From a virus (taxonomy: Duplodnaviria > Caudoviricetes): a stretch of DNA of 54,913 nucleotides. The translations under genes were made by a program, and so were the position numbers. This document shows, in pieces, positions 7,997-17,251 of the stretch. Every line of letters starts with the position of its first letter. Position 1 is the stretch's first letter. Location of the stretch: positions 1 through 54,913 of IMG/VR virus record IMGVR_UViG_3300049489_000585. One strand, 5' to 3'. Under the pieces are notes generated by a model. It saw only the letters and a list, made by a program, of their open reading frames with translations, did not search any database and was not told the DNA's origin.

Positions 7997-8839
7997 TCAC
8001 TCGTGGAAGTTGCAGGTAGACCAGCGCGCGCAATACTTCTCAGCGCACAGCATGGACTGGGGGTTAGGCGGGAACAGTCCCGTCCGAAACATCTCGGCCG
8101 CGAACTCGATCAGCCCGCGCTGGCCGTCGGCGCCGACCATCACGCGCTTGGCATCGAAGACCTTCGACGCCATGACCTGCGGCTTGCTGCTGGTCTGCAG
8201 TGCCAGCACCTGGCCGCCTAGGGTCTCCACCTGTTCGGTGTGCTCGTACATCAGTTGGTAGGTGCCGACCTGGGCGCTGCGGCCCTTGACCTTGGCCTCG
8301 CCCTTCTCGATGACGCGCGAGCCAGACTTGAGGTCCGGGATCACGATGCCGTCATCGGTGGCGGCCACGCGAGCGCGATCCATGGTGCCGGTCAGCCGGA
8401 TGACGATGCCACTGCCGCAGTCGATGTCGAGCGGGTCGAGCTTCTGCTCCACGCTCTTGAACGTGAACCGGGGCGACAGGTCCAGGCAGTACATCGTGTG
8501 CAGCTGCAGGCCGATCTTCTCGGCGTCGCTGACGGTCAGGTCATCCTTGCTGTAGTCCACGTCACGATCGGGCTTGTGCAGCGCGTCGACAAAGGCGCCC
8601 GCGGCGTCGTTGACCGACATGCGGCTGCCGCCCGGCAGGCGCCCGCTGTCGAAGGCCGCGGTGCTGGCGTGGAGTGCGGTGCCCAGCTGCGCGCGCAGGC
8701 CCGAGGCGTTGCGCATGCCCAGCAGGTGCTCGCCTTCCCACCGATGGGCGCAGTCGAACAGGCCACCCCAACTGGATGCGCGCACGGCGGTGACGCTGCG
8801 CTCAGCGACGACGGGGATGATGCGTTCAGGCGCGTTCAC
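7997..8839 (-). CDS. PD-(D/E)XK RecB/Cas4-like exonuclease (RecT partner)
   Basis: GTALH, LTGTMD, PDLKSG, QVGTYQL, C-terminal Cys cluster. Confidence 0.85.
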   Translation of the reverse strand: MNAPERIIPVVAERSVTAVRASSWGGLFDCAHRWEGEHLLGMRNASGLRAQLGTALHASTAAFDSGRLPGGSRMSVNDAAGAFVDALHKPDRDVDYSKDDLTVSDAEKIGLQLHTMYCLDLSPRFTFKSVEQKLDPLDIDCGSGIVIRLTGTMDRARVAATDDGIVIPDLKSGSRVIEKGEAKVKGRSAQVGTYQLMYEHTEQVETLGGQVLALQTSSKPQVMASKVFDAKRVMVGADGQRGLIEFAAEMFRTGLFPPNPQSMLCAEKYCARWSTCNFHE

Positions 8840-9374
8840 AGCGGATTCCCCCAGAACTCAAACACCTTCGCCCAGGCCTTGGCCGCAGCGTTGCGGCGCG
8901 TCATGCCACTGCGGCGGTAGAAGCGATACAGCCGGATGAGCGTCACAGCAGCACCACCGCGGCGGCAGCGCCCAGGATCGCGGCAATGGCGGCCCACTGC
9001 ACCCAGGGCAGCCACCGCGACGTGCTGCGGGCCTCGGCGTCGACCAATGCGGCGAGCTCGCTGCTGTACTCCAGGCCGTCCCGGATGTCGGAGTCGTGCG
9101 TCATGCCGGCCTCACGCTCAGGCGCTGCAGGTCGTCGTCCAGCGCATCGATGGCAGCGATCACGGCATCGCAACTGCTGCGCGCGATCAGGGTCAGCGTG
9201 CCACTGGCGCCGCTGCGGAGAACGTAGCGGGCGAGGAAGGTGCGCATCACGGCTTCACCTCATCAACAACGGTGCCGCCGACCAGCGCCCCGGCTGCCCA
9301 CATGGCCAGCATCGACAGCGCGATGCCGGACAGCAGGCCCAGCAGGAACGCGAACGCAAGAAGGTCGGGGCGCA

Positions 9375-9764
9375 TCACGTGTTCCTCGGCATCTTGTCCA
9401 GCGCGCGCTGCAGTTCAGTGGCGAGGTGCTCCATCCAGTCGGACGAGATCCACACCTCGTTCAGCTTGACCGCGAACACCGTGTACCCGTCGTGCGGGTG
9501 CCGCTCGTCCGCCGGCTCGACCTCGCACGCGACATCCCACACCGCGCCGCGGTACGGCACGCCGACGATCGCGTCACCGGGGCGGATCTGGATCTGGTGC
9601 TGCGGGCCGCGGCGGGCGGGGATCAGCGCTGCCTCAGCGGCAAGCGCGGTGTAGTGCTCGACGGCGCGGGCCTTGTCGACCGGCCGCTCAAGCACCGCCT
9701 GCGCGGCCTCGAATTCACCGAACGAGCTGTCCGACACGTCGGGCGTGGGGATGCGGGCGTTCAT
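9375..9764 (-). CDS. Hypothetical protein
   Basis: GGAGG RBS and ATGA coupling. Confidence 0.7.
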   Translation of the reverse strand: MNARIPTPDVSDSSFGEFEAAQAVLERPVDKARAVEHYTALAAEAALIPARRGPQHQIQIRPGDAIVGVPYRGAVWDVACEVEPADERHPHDGYTVFAVKLNEVWISSDWMEHLATELQRALDKMPRNT

Positions 9765-10018
9765 GCTGCCTCCGCGACGAGCCCGGCCGGCAACGCTTCA
9801 CGCCGCCCCGCCTTGGCGGCCTTGACGGCCTGCCGGCGGCCCAGCGCCTTCACGTTGGCGCGGCGCAGCTTCTTCTCCGCGCTGGCCGTGTGCTGACCCA
9901 GCCAGTCGCCACCCTTGGCCGGCTTCGGTGCGGCCGGGTGCTTCACGCCCTGGCCATGTCGGCGCCCCGAGCCCTTCTTGGTCGGGTGCTCCGTTCGTTG
10001 GTCGGTGATCTGCGGCAT
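9761..10018 (-). CDS. Basic hypothetical protein, first gene of leftward operon
   Basis: GGGAG RBS just downstream of the PL-like promoter. Confidence 0.65.
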   Translation of the reverse strand: MPQITDQRTEHPTKKGSGRRHGQGVKHPAAPKPAKGGDWLGQHTASAEKKLRRANVKALGRRQAVKAAKAGRREALPAGLVAEAA

Positions 10019-10051
10019 CTGCGGCTCCCGGTGCGTGTTGCGATGGGATGA

Positions 10052-10080
10052 AATCTACACGCACCGTTTATGCATGTCAA
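10052..10080 (-). promoter_or_regulatory. Leftward early promoter (PL-like)
   Basis: TTGACA-17-TAGATT on the minus strand. Confidence 0.8.
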
Positions 10081-10114
10081 CGGGTTGTGAAGAAAATTCT
10101 TTTCTCACGGGCCG

Positions 10115-10143
10115 TTGACTGTCTCAAACGAAGCGTTTAGCAT
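10115..10143 (+). promoter_or_regulatory. Rightward early promoter (PR-like), probably leaderless cro mRNA
   Basis: TTGACT-17-TAGCAT with the ATG 7 nt after the -10. Palindrome AAACGAAGCGTTT in the spacer. Confidence 0.8.
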
Positions 10144-10150
10144 CGGCGCT

Positions 10151-10387
10151 ATGGACGAAATCATCGACAAGGCTTGCGAGGCCGCAGGCGGGCTGACAAA
10201 GCTCGCAGAGGCCATCGGTCAGAGTACGCAGACTGTCTCGAACTGGCGATCTCGCGGCGTCCCCGTCGTGCACTGCGCAGCCATCGAACAGGCCACCGGC
10301 GGCAAAGTCACGCGCCGCGATCTGCGACCCGACGACTGGGCTCGCATCTGGCCCGAGCTGGCCGAGCCCACCAAGGCCGCAGCGTGA
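10151..10387 (+). CDS. cro: Cro/YdaS-like HTH regulator
   Basis: GGLTKLAEAIGQSTQTVSNW HTH and IEQATGGKVTRRDLRPDDW..IWPEL. Confidence 0.88.
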   Translation: MDEIIDKACEAAGGLTKLAEAIGQSTQTVSNWRSRGVPVVHCAAIEQATGGKVTRRDLRPDDWARIWPELAEPTKAAA

Positions 10388-10582
10388 CCGGAGCCGCTGC
10401 ATGACCATGCTCTCCCAACGCACCGCGCTCGCGGTCATCGGCCGGCTGTCGGCCAATCCGATCCCACTGCGCCCGCTGTGCGCGTGCTTCCCCGGCACCT
10501 GCCGCGGTGGCCAGGTCATCGACGGGCGGCTGGCCACCGGACAGTGGTGCAGGGCGCAGGTGCAGGCGGGGAGGGCGGGATC

Positions 10583-11434
10583 ATGACCGCCCCCCGCCCA
10601 GGCTCCTCGATCGACCGCGCCATGCGCGCGCTGCAGGCGTCCGGCCCGCTGCCGCGCGCTGAGCTGGCCCGCCTGATCGAGCGCGAGGACGACGAGCTCG
10701 ACGGCCTGCTTCGCTACGGCTTGCGCATGGGCCTGCTGGTGCGCAGCAACGGCGGCGATGACGTGTCCTATGCGCTGGGGGATGGGGTGCCGGTGGAGAT
10801 CGAGGCTCGGCCATCGGAGCCCCCAGCGAACGAATACACCGCGCGGCGGGGATCGCAACACGTTTTGAAGGCAGAGGCCGCCAGGCCCGACGCTACGGAC
10901 CGCGACACCCCCGCCATCATCAGCCCGGTCGGCGGACCCATGGGCATAGGGCAAGCTGCCGCCGCAGCCCCACGACAGAGCCTTGGCCAGCCGACTGCCG
11001 TGCTGGCCGAGCTGCGGCCCGGCCCCTACCAACCTCAGTCCGGCAGTCAGGCCGCGATCCTGCTGGCCTACCTGCAGCAGCACGCGCCGCACGGCGGGGA
11101 AGCGTGGCTGTCGCCTGCCGATCTCGCCGCGTCCGGGGCCAAGCAGTTCACCGTGCGCGCGAGCCTGGACACCGCGATGAAGTGCGGCGCCGTGTTGTCC
11201 AGGGGTAAGCCTCAACGCTATCAGTGCGGGCCGAACGCGCCCGTGGTGGCGGGCGTGGCGCCGACGGCAGAGCCTGCTGCTGCGCCTGCGCCTGACACCG
11301 CCGCAGCTGTCGAGCTCGCGGCCTTTCTGCTGAAGCAGATGGACGGCGAGATCGAGCGCCTGCAGAACAACCTGCGGGTGGTGCGCCGGCGGCGCGAGGA
11401 CTTCGCTGCGGCGATGAAGGGGAGGCGCGCTTGA
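10583..11434 (+). CDS. Hypothetical protein with possible winged-helix segments
   Basis: Coupled ORF in the rightward operon. Confidence 0.65.
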   Translation: MTAPRPGSSIDRAMRALQASGPLPRAELARLIEREDDELDGLLRYGLRMGLLVRSNGGDDVSYALGDGVPVEIEARPSEPPANEYTARRGSQHVLKAEAARPDATDRDTPAIISPVGGPMGIGQAAAAAPRQSLGQPTAVLAELRPGPYQPQSGSQAAILLAYLQQHAPHGGEAWLSPADLAASGAKQFTVRASLDTAMKCGAVLSRGKPQRYQCGPNAPVVAGVAPTAEPAAAPAPDTAAAVELAAFLLKQMDGEIERLQNNLRVVRRRREDFAAAMKGRRA

Positions 11435-11649
11435 GCGACCAACTGCCTGCCCCGCTGGTGCCGGCCGAAGTCGACCTGCGCACCGCCGCCGCAACGCGCG
11501 GACAGGCTCGCTACAGCGACGGCCGGCCGTGCATCCATGGGCACGTCGGAGACCGGTACACGCGCAACGCGTCATGCGTCGAGTGCCAACGCATTCGATG
11601 CCGAGCGGACAAGGCTCGGATTCGCACCCTCCTGGGCTCGCCACGTTGA
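11431..11649 (+). CDS. Small Cys/His-rich protein
   Basis: GRPCIHGH...CVEC motif, overlaps both neighbours. Confidence 0.6.
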   Translation: MSDQLPAPLVPAEVDLRTAAATRGQARYSDGRPCIHGHVGDRYTRNASCVECQRIRCRADKARIRTLLGSPR

Positions 11650-12464
11650 ACTACTACGAACACCACCTCGGCGACTACGACGGCGCCACCGCGCACTTGA
11701 CGTGGCTGGAGGACTGCGCCTACCGGCGGATGCTGTGCCTGTACTACCGCACGGAGTCACCGCTGCCGGCCGATTTGAAGCAGGTCTGTCGCCTCGTGCG
11801 CGCTACCTCCAAGCCCGAGCGCGATGCGGTGCAGCAGGTGCTGGGGGAGTTCTTCGTTCTGGCCGACGACGGCTGGCGCAACACCAGGTGCGACGAGGAC
11901 ATCGCGGCGTATCACGAGCTAGAGCCCGAGCGCGAGGCCAAGCGCGAGAACGCGAAGGAGCGCCAGCGCCGGGCCCGTCAGCGGCGTGCGGAGCTGTTCG
12001 AGTCGCTACGCGGTCACAACATCGTGCCGCCGTACGACACCACGACGAAGGCACTTGAAGCGCTGCTGTCACGCGTGACAGATGCTCCACAAGTCACGGC
12101 ACCTGTCACACCTGTCACGTGTGACAACACGGCTACCCATACCCACCTCCCACCTCCCACCTCCCAGATTGAAGAGAAGAAGCCTTCGGCTTCTGGGCGC
12201 GGTTCGCGCCTTCCCGCCGACTGGGACCCCGGTCAGCCTGGCTTCGCGTTTGCCACGACGCTGGGGCTGGCGAACGGCGTCGTGACCGCCGAGCTCGACA
12301 AGTTCCGCGACCACTGGGCCGCCAAGACTGGCAAGGACGCCACCAAGGCCGACTGGCAGGCGGCGTGGCGCAACTGGTGCCGCAGGTCCGTCGAGATGCG
12401 TCCGCCGGCCCACGGCGGCCAGCACGGCGGCGGTGCGCCGTTCGACGCGTCGGAGGTGCGGTAA
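11646..12464 (+). CDS. YdaU/DUF1376-family replication initiator
   Basis: NYYEHHLGDY..ATAHL..LED.AYRRML..YY N-terminus, C-terminal FRDHW...DWQAAWRNW. TTG start. Confidence 0.85.
   Translation: MNYYEHHLGDYDGATAHLTWLEDCAYRRMLCLYYRTESPLPADLKQVCRLVRATSKPERDAVQQVLGEFFVLADDGWRNTRCDEDIAAYHELEPEREAKRENAKERQRRARQRRAELFESLRGHNIVPPYDTTTKALEALLSRVTDAPQVTAPVTPVTCDNTATHTHLPPPTSQIEEKKPSASGRGSRLPADWDPGQPGFAFATTLGLANGVVTAELDKFRDHWAAKTGKDATKADWQAAWRNWCRRSVEMRPPAHGGQHGGGAPFDASEVR
12066..12126. repeat. TGTCAC/GTGACA iteron-like cluster, candidate replication origin
   Basis: TGTCACGCGTGACA, AGTCAC, CTGTCACACCTGTCACGTGTGACA inside the initiator gene, as in lambdoid origins. Confidence 0.6.
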
Positions 12465-12823
12465 TGCGCGGCCACGAACCCCTCATCGCTCTGCGTCGCC
12501 GCGGCCTGAAGCCAGGGCTCGTGAACATCGACCTGGAGCCTAGCCTATGGCGCGATTGGGCAGACTGGCCGGAGTGGACCGCCGTGCCGCAGATCGAGGT
12601 GCTGCCGTCCGACAGCATCCGGCTGCTGGACCTGCGGTTCCTGGTCGGCCTGCACGTGATGCTGGGTGGCTTCGATGACCGCCGAGTGTGGGCGCTCTTC
12701 GACGCCTGCAAGGCGGCCGGCGCAGCCCGCGTGCTTGGCTTCGTGCAGGTGTCGACGAACGGCGGCGACACGGTGCGCACGATCGAGGCGCGCGACAGCC
12801 TGGCCGAAGCGGTGGAGGCCTGA
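12464..12823 (+). CDS. Hypothetical protein
   Basis: TAATG coupling and GGAGG RBS. Confidence 0.7.
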   Translation: MRGHEPLIALRRRGLKPGLVNIDLEPSLWRDWADWPEWTAVPQIEVLPSDSIRLLDLRFLVGLHVMLGGFDDRRVWALFDACKAAGAARVLGFVQVSTNGGDTVRTIEARDSLAEAVEA

Positions 12824-12826
12824 CCC

Positions 12827-13789
12827 GTGGCGCAATTCATCCCCGACGACATCGACTTCGCGGCCTACGAACGCGAGACCGAGTGCAAGGCCAAGGTGCG
12901 CCGGGCCAGCGACTTCAGCGACGAGCTCGACACCGAGTTCGCCCCGCGCACCGGGCCGCGCAAGGCGTCGATGTTTTCGACCAAGCTGCGCGACGTGATC
13001 GAGTTCCGTCCGGGCGAGGTGACCTGCTGGGCCGGCTTCAACGGGCATCGCAAGTCGATGTTCACCGGGCAGGTGGCGCTGGACCTGTGCGTGCAGCGCG
13101 AGCGCACGCTGATCGTCAGCCTGGAGATGAAGCCGCGCAAGACGCTGGCCCGCATGTGCCGGCAGGCCACGGCGCGCGCAATTCCAACGCCGGATGAACG
13201 CCGCCGATTCATGTCCTGGTCCGACGGCCTGCTGTGGCTGTTCGATCACGAAGGCCGGCTGCTGCCGGACCGAGCGATCGCGGTGTGCCGCTACTTCGCC
13301 AAGGAGCTGCAGGGCCGGCACGTGGTGATCGACAGCCTGATGAAGGTCGTGCAGTCCGAGGAAAGTCTCGACGAGCAGAAGCGCATGGTCGGCGACCTGT
13401 GCGACATCGCCAAAGAGACGGACCTGCATGTGCACCTGGTGGCGCACTGCAAGAAGCCCGCTGGAATGGGTGAGGACAAGCCGCCGACGAAGTACGACAT
13501 CCGCGGAAGCGCGGCCATCAGCGACCAGTGCTCGAACGTCATCCTCGTGTGGCAGGACAAGGCCAAGCGCGCGAAGCAGACAGCCGCGCAACTGACAGGC
13601 CAGCCGACCGGCGAGGACCTCCTCAACCGCTGGGACGCGATCCTGGCCATCGACAAGCAGCGAAACGGTGAGGTCGAAGGGAAGTTCGGCCTGTTCTTCG
13701 ACGACGCCACGCTGCGCTTCACCGACAACCCACTGACGGCCGTCGAACCGTATGCATTCATGCACGAGAGGACCGACGATGTCTTCTGA
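12827..13789 (+). CDS. DnaB/SF4-like replicative helicase (C-terminal domain only)
   Basis: AGFNGHRKS, SLEM, VVIDSL, HLVAH, DIRGS..I, DKQRNGE. Confidence 0.85.
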   Translation: MAQFIPDDIDFAAYERETECKAKVRRASDFSDELDTEFAPRTGPRKASMFSTKLRDVIEFRPGEVTCWAGFNGHRKSMFTGQVALDLCVQRERTLIVSLEMKPRKTLARMCRQATARAIPTPDERRRFMSWSDGLLWLFDHEGRLLPDRAIAVCRYFAKELQGRHVVIDSLMKVVQSEESLDEQKRMVGDLCDIAKETDLHVHLVAHCKKPAGMGEDKPPTKYDIRGSAAISDQCSNVILVWQDKAKRAKQTAAQLTGQPTGEDLLNRWDAILAIDKQRNGEVEGKFGLFFDDATLRFTDNPLTAVEPYAFMHERTDDVF

Positions 13790-14027
13790 CCCGCAAGCCG
13801 GCCGCGCTCCGGCGCTCACCCCGGAACAGCAGGAGCTTTTTCGCCGCTGCGGCGAGCGGATCCTGGAGAACCACCGCCTGGGCCGCAAGGTGACGCCCGA
13901 GGCGCTGGCCGATGGCAAGCGGTGGGCTGCCCTGCCGAAGCTGCCGCACGCATTGAGCAGCGGCGAGCCCGTCCCCGACAACCAACTGCCGCCCGCGCTA
14001 CGCGGCGGTGCACTGGAGGTGTTCTGA
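13779..14027 (+). CDS. Hypothetical protein
   Basis: GAGG RBS, overlaps the helicase stop. Confidence 0.6.
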   Translation: MSSDPQAGRAPALTPEQQELFRRCGERILENHRLGRKVTPEALADGKRWAALPKLPHALSSGEPVPDNQLPPALRGGALEVF

Positions 14028-14172
14028 TGTCCTGGCTCATCGTGAAACTCATCAACGGCCTGCCAGTTCCCATCGACATGCGGCAGATGCCAGAAGCAGA
14101 TGCGAAGGCCGAACTGGCCCGGCTGCGCGCTGCCGAGCCGTCCGAACAGTTCATCGCGCTGGCGGTGCTCTG

Positions 14173-14730
14173 ATGCCCGTCAAACACGGCGCGTACCTCG
14201 GCAGCGTGCGCTGCATCGACAGTCTGCGCGACAGCTGCGTGATCGGCCTGGGTGGATGCTGGCACCTACGCTCTCCACGCGGCAAGCCGATGACGATTGC
14301 AGCCGCATGCCATCAGGTGTGGGTGCACGGCATCGGGAAGATCAGCGCGACCAAGGCGGCATGGCTCCTCAAACACGGCAAGTCGCCGGCTGCCGGCCTG
14401 ATCGTGTTCCGGGCTTGCGAAAGCTACGACTGCGTCAACCCTTCGCACCTGCGCTGCGGCACGCGTCAGGAGTGTGGTGAGCACCTGACGGCTACCGGCC
14501 GACTCAAGGGCAAGTCGCGGTCACTCGCGGCAAACCGCCAGGGCGCCAGATCCAGGCGCAAGCTGACCGACGAGCAGGCGAGCCTGATCCGCAGCAGCGA
14601 CGAGTCTGCTCGCGTGATGGCGGCCAGATTTGGGCTGTCGATGACGACGATCAACGACATCCGACGAGGGCGGAGATACCGGGATCTCGTGAGTGGCGCA
14701 AGCGTTTTCGCGCTTGGCGGTCAGTCATGA
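14173..14730 (+). CDS. HNH-endonuclease-like protein with C-terminal HTH (possibly degenerate)
   Basis: CW..., CESYDCVNPSHL, KLTDEQ..IR. The His and Asn of the HNH motif appear substituted. Confidence 0.7.
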   Translation: MPVKHGAYLGSVRCIDSLRDSCVIGLGGCWHLRSPRGKPMTIAAACHQVWVHGIGKISATKAAWLLKHGKSPAAGLIVFRACESYDCVNPSHLRCGTRQECGEHLTATGRLKGKSRSLAANRQGARSRRKLTDEQASLIRSSDESARVMAARFGLSMTTINDIRRGRRYRDLVSGASVFALGGQS

Positions 14731-14838
14731 CCACCGACCCCGCCGAAGTCAAGCCCGCCCGCATTGGCCTGGTGCTCGTGCTGCTGCCGCTTGCGGTCGT
14801 TGCGATCGTGGCCCTCATTGCGCGGTGGCTGGCATGAC

Positions 14839-15042
14839 ATGGATTCCTCGGAACAGCACCGCCACCGAACTGAGGTCCGACAGGTCCTCGCCTGGCGCGT
14901 CGAGCGCGGCCTCGACTGGGTCAAGGAGTGGCTCGCGGGCGTCCCCAAGTACCGCGGCCAGGCCGCAGCGGATCGACTGCGCAACGATGCGCGAGAGCAG
15001 TGGCAACGTGGAAACCGTGGGGCTCGCGATGACTGGCGCTGA
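14839..15042 (+). CDS. Small phage hypothetical protein
   Basis: SEQHRHRTEVR...QWQRGNRG...W. Confidence 0.6.
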   Translation: MDSSEQHRHRTEVRQVLAWRVERGLDWVKEWLAGVPKYRGQAAADRLRNDAREQWQRGNRGARDDWR

Positions 15043-15484
15043 GGTTGTGCTCACGCTGCCCTACCCGGTGAGCGCGAACCGCTACTGGAACGCGATCACG
15101 ATCCCGGGCCGCACGATGATGGCGCCGAGCAAGGATGCCAAGGCCTACCGCAAGGAGGTCGCGCGCATCGCCAACGCCAGCGGCATCGCCAGTCCGTTCC
15201 CGTGGCGCGTGGCCGTCGAGCTCGACCTCTACCCGCACCGGCCCCAGGACTGGGCCAGGCGCACTCGCCTTGACCCGATCGGCTGGGACGACGACGTCAG
15301 GTGCATCGACCTGGGCAACGCCGAGAAGGTGCTCAGCGACGCGCTGCAGGGCATCGTGTTCGAGGACGACCGCTGGATCTGGGACCTGCACAAGCGCCGG
15401 AAGGAACCCGACGGCGAGGGCAGGGTCGTATTGCGTATTCGTCCACTGCCGCGCGTCGCACCGCAGCTGGCGCTGATCTCGTGA
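15029..15484 (+). CDS. rusA: RusA-family Holliday junction resolvase
   Basis: [32 protein letters not shown]. Confidence 0.88.
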   Translation: MTGAEVVLTLPYPVSANRYWNAITIPGRTMMAPSKDAKAYRKEVARIANASGIASPFPWRVAVELDLYPHRPQDWARRTRLDPIGWDDDVRCIDLGNAEKVLSDALQGIVFEDDRWIWDLHKRRKEPDGEGRVVLRIRPLPRVAPQLALIS

Positions 15485-15536
15485 AAACGGGGTCAGTCAG
15501 CGCCCCATCACTGCTGACGCAACGAAAGGCAACACC

Positions 15537-16007
15537 ATGAACCGCAAACACTCAGGCTTCACGCTCATCGAGTTGATGATCGTCGTGGCCATCATCGGCA
15601 TTCTGGCCGCGGTCGCACTGCCGGCCTACAAGGACTACACCATCAAGGCGAAGATGTCCGAGGTGATCCTGGGCGCCAGCCAGTGCAGAACCACGATCTC
15701 CGAGACCTACCAGACGGCCCCAGAGGGCACGGCTATCGCTGCTGACGGGTGGGGATGCGGGGAGGGGGTGGCCAACGCCACCAAGTACGTCGCATTGGTC
15801 GCCACCGACCCGAACGGCGAGATCACGGTCACCGCGCAGAACATCGACGCGGACGTGAACGGCAAGGCGATCACGCTGACCCCGCAGGACAAGGACAACA
15901 ACCCGCTGACGACAGCGGCCATCCCTTCCCAGGTGTACCAGTTCAAGTGCAAGTCGGCTGCTTCGAACGGCGTGCCGCTCAAGTACCTGCCGGGGTCGTG
16001 CAAGTGA
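15537..16007 (+). CDS. pilA: Type IVa major pilin
   Basis: Class III signal G|[27 protein letters not shown]-terminal Cys pair, GAAAGG RBS. Confidence 0.93.
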   Translation: MNRKHSGFTLIELMIVVAIIGILAAVALPAYKDYTIKAKMSEVILGASQCRTTISETYQTAPEGTAIAADGWGCGEGVANATKYVALVATDPNGEITVTAQNIDADVNGKAITLTPQDKDNNPLTTAAIPSQVYQFKCKSAASNGVPLKYLPGSCK

Positions 16008-16353
16008 ACACCAAGACGGAGGTGGCCGCGGCGACGGAGACCCCGAGGCAGCGGCTCTGGAGACGCGCGGAGACGATCTGCTGCGCGCTGGTGGCGGCAT
16101 TGGTGGCGACGCTGACGGTGCTGGGGGCCCTCGACCCCATGCTCCGCCCATGAACCGCAAGGAATGACCCTCCAGTGACAGCCCGCCAGCGCCTCATCCC
16201 CTGCAGCGTCGTCGGTGGTCGCAGCCCGAAGACCGGCCGCCGCGTTGGATCGCGCCATCGGTGGAGCGGGGAGGGCGGTCGCAAGGGGTGGGGGATCGGT
16301 CAATGCCTGTTCTGCTTCTCCACCATCGACCAGGTGCGAAAGGCTGGCCCGTG

Positions 16354-16761
16354 ATGCCCAACCCACCGCCAGAGTCCACCGACAAGGTCACCAGGATGCA
16401 GGTGGCCATCGCGGAGCTGACATCGGTGCTGACCTTCGCCGAAGCCCTGGAGATCGTGCGCCGCTGGGGCAATCGCCGCTTCCGAGTGCCGATGAAGGTC
16501 GGCGTCGAGGACCCGCTGGCCCTGACCCTGGGCCTGGAGTGCGCGCAGCGGCTGGTGACTGCTTACGGCGGCCAGGTGCTCGAGCTGCCGGTCGAGAAAC
16601 ACGCCCTGCGCCAAATGCGAAACGAGGCAATCTGGCGGGCCTGCGTCGTCAACGGCAGGTCACCGGCTGAGGTGGCGCTTGAGTTCGGGCTGACGCGGCA
16701 GAGCGTGGCCTGGCTGATTGAGCGGATGCGGGCAAGGCGACAGGAGGCGGCGACATGTTGA
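16354..16761 (+). CDS. Mor/C-family late transcription activator
   Basis: LV.AYGG..LELP, RNEAI..., EVALEFGLTRQSV HTH. Precedes the terminase genes. Confidence 0.8.
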   Translation: MPNPPPESTDKVTRMQVAIAELTSVLTFAEALEIVRRWGNRRFRVPMKVGVEDPLALTLGLECAQRLVTAYGGQVLELPVEKHALRQMRNEAIWRACVVNGRSPAEVALEFGLTRQSVAWLIERMRARRQEAATC

Positions 16762-16810
16762 GCCTCGCGCACCGAATCAGGAACGCATCAGAGGTGGGAA
16801 GAACCGCGCC

Positions 16811-17251
16811 ATGAGGACAAACCGCACCAGCCCGGCAAAGGCGCGGCGGCTTGAGCTGCAGGCCCAGGCGCTCGAGCTGCGCCGTGCTGGCAACGGCTAC
16901 GAGGACATCGCGGAGAAACTGGGCATCGGCAAGTCGTCGGCGCACCGGATGGTCGAAGCCGCGATGGCTGGCGCCAGGGCGCAGATCGAGGCATCGGTCG
17001 ACGAGCTGCGCGCCGATGAACTCTCGCGCCTGGACGGCATGCTGGCCAAGCTGTGGCCGAAGGTGACCGACGACCCGGACGTGGCGGTGATCGACCGCAT
17101 CATCAAGATCGGCGAGCGCCGCGCCAAGCTGCTGGGACTGGATGCCCCCGTGCGCACATCGATCCAGGGCGGCGGCGACGATGCGCCACCGATCTCGACG
17201 GTGACAGAGACCAAGGTCACGTTCTACATGCCGGACAACGGCCGTGGCTGA
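16811..17251 (+). CDS. terS: Terminase small subunit (HTH)
   Basis: ALELRRAG.GYEDIAEKLG HTH, ERRAKLLGLDAP, overlaps terL. Confidence 0.75.
   Translation: MRTNRTSPAKARRLELQAQALELRRAGNGYEDIAEKLGIGKSSAHRMVEAAMAGARAQIEASVDELRADELSRLDGMLAKLWPKVTDDPDVAVIDRIIKIGERRAKLLGLDAPVRTSIQGGGDDAPPISTVTETKVTFYMPDNGRG

Noticed and set aside
7997-8839. Cas4 of a CRISPR system
   Set aside because: No other cas genes or array. Adjacency to recT indicates a recombination exonuclease.
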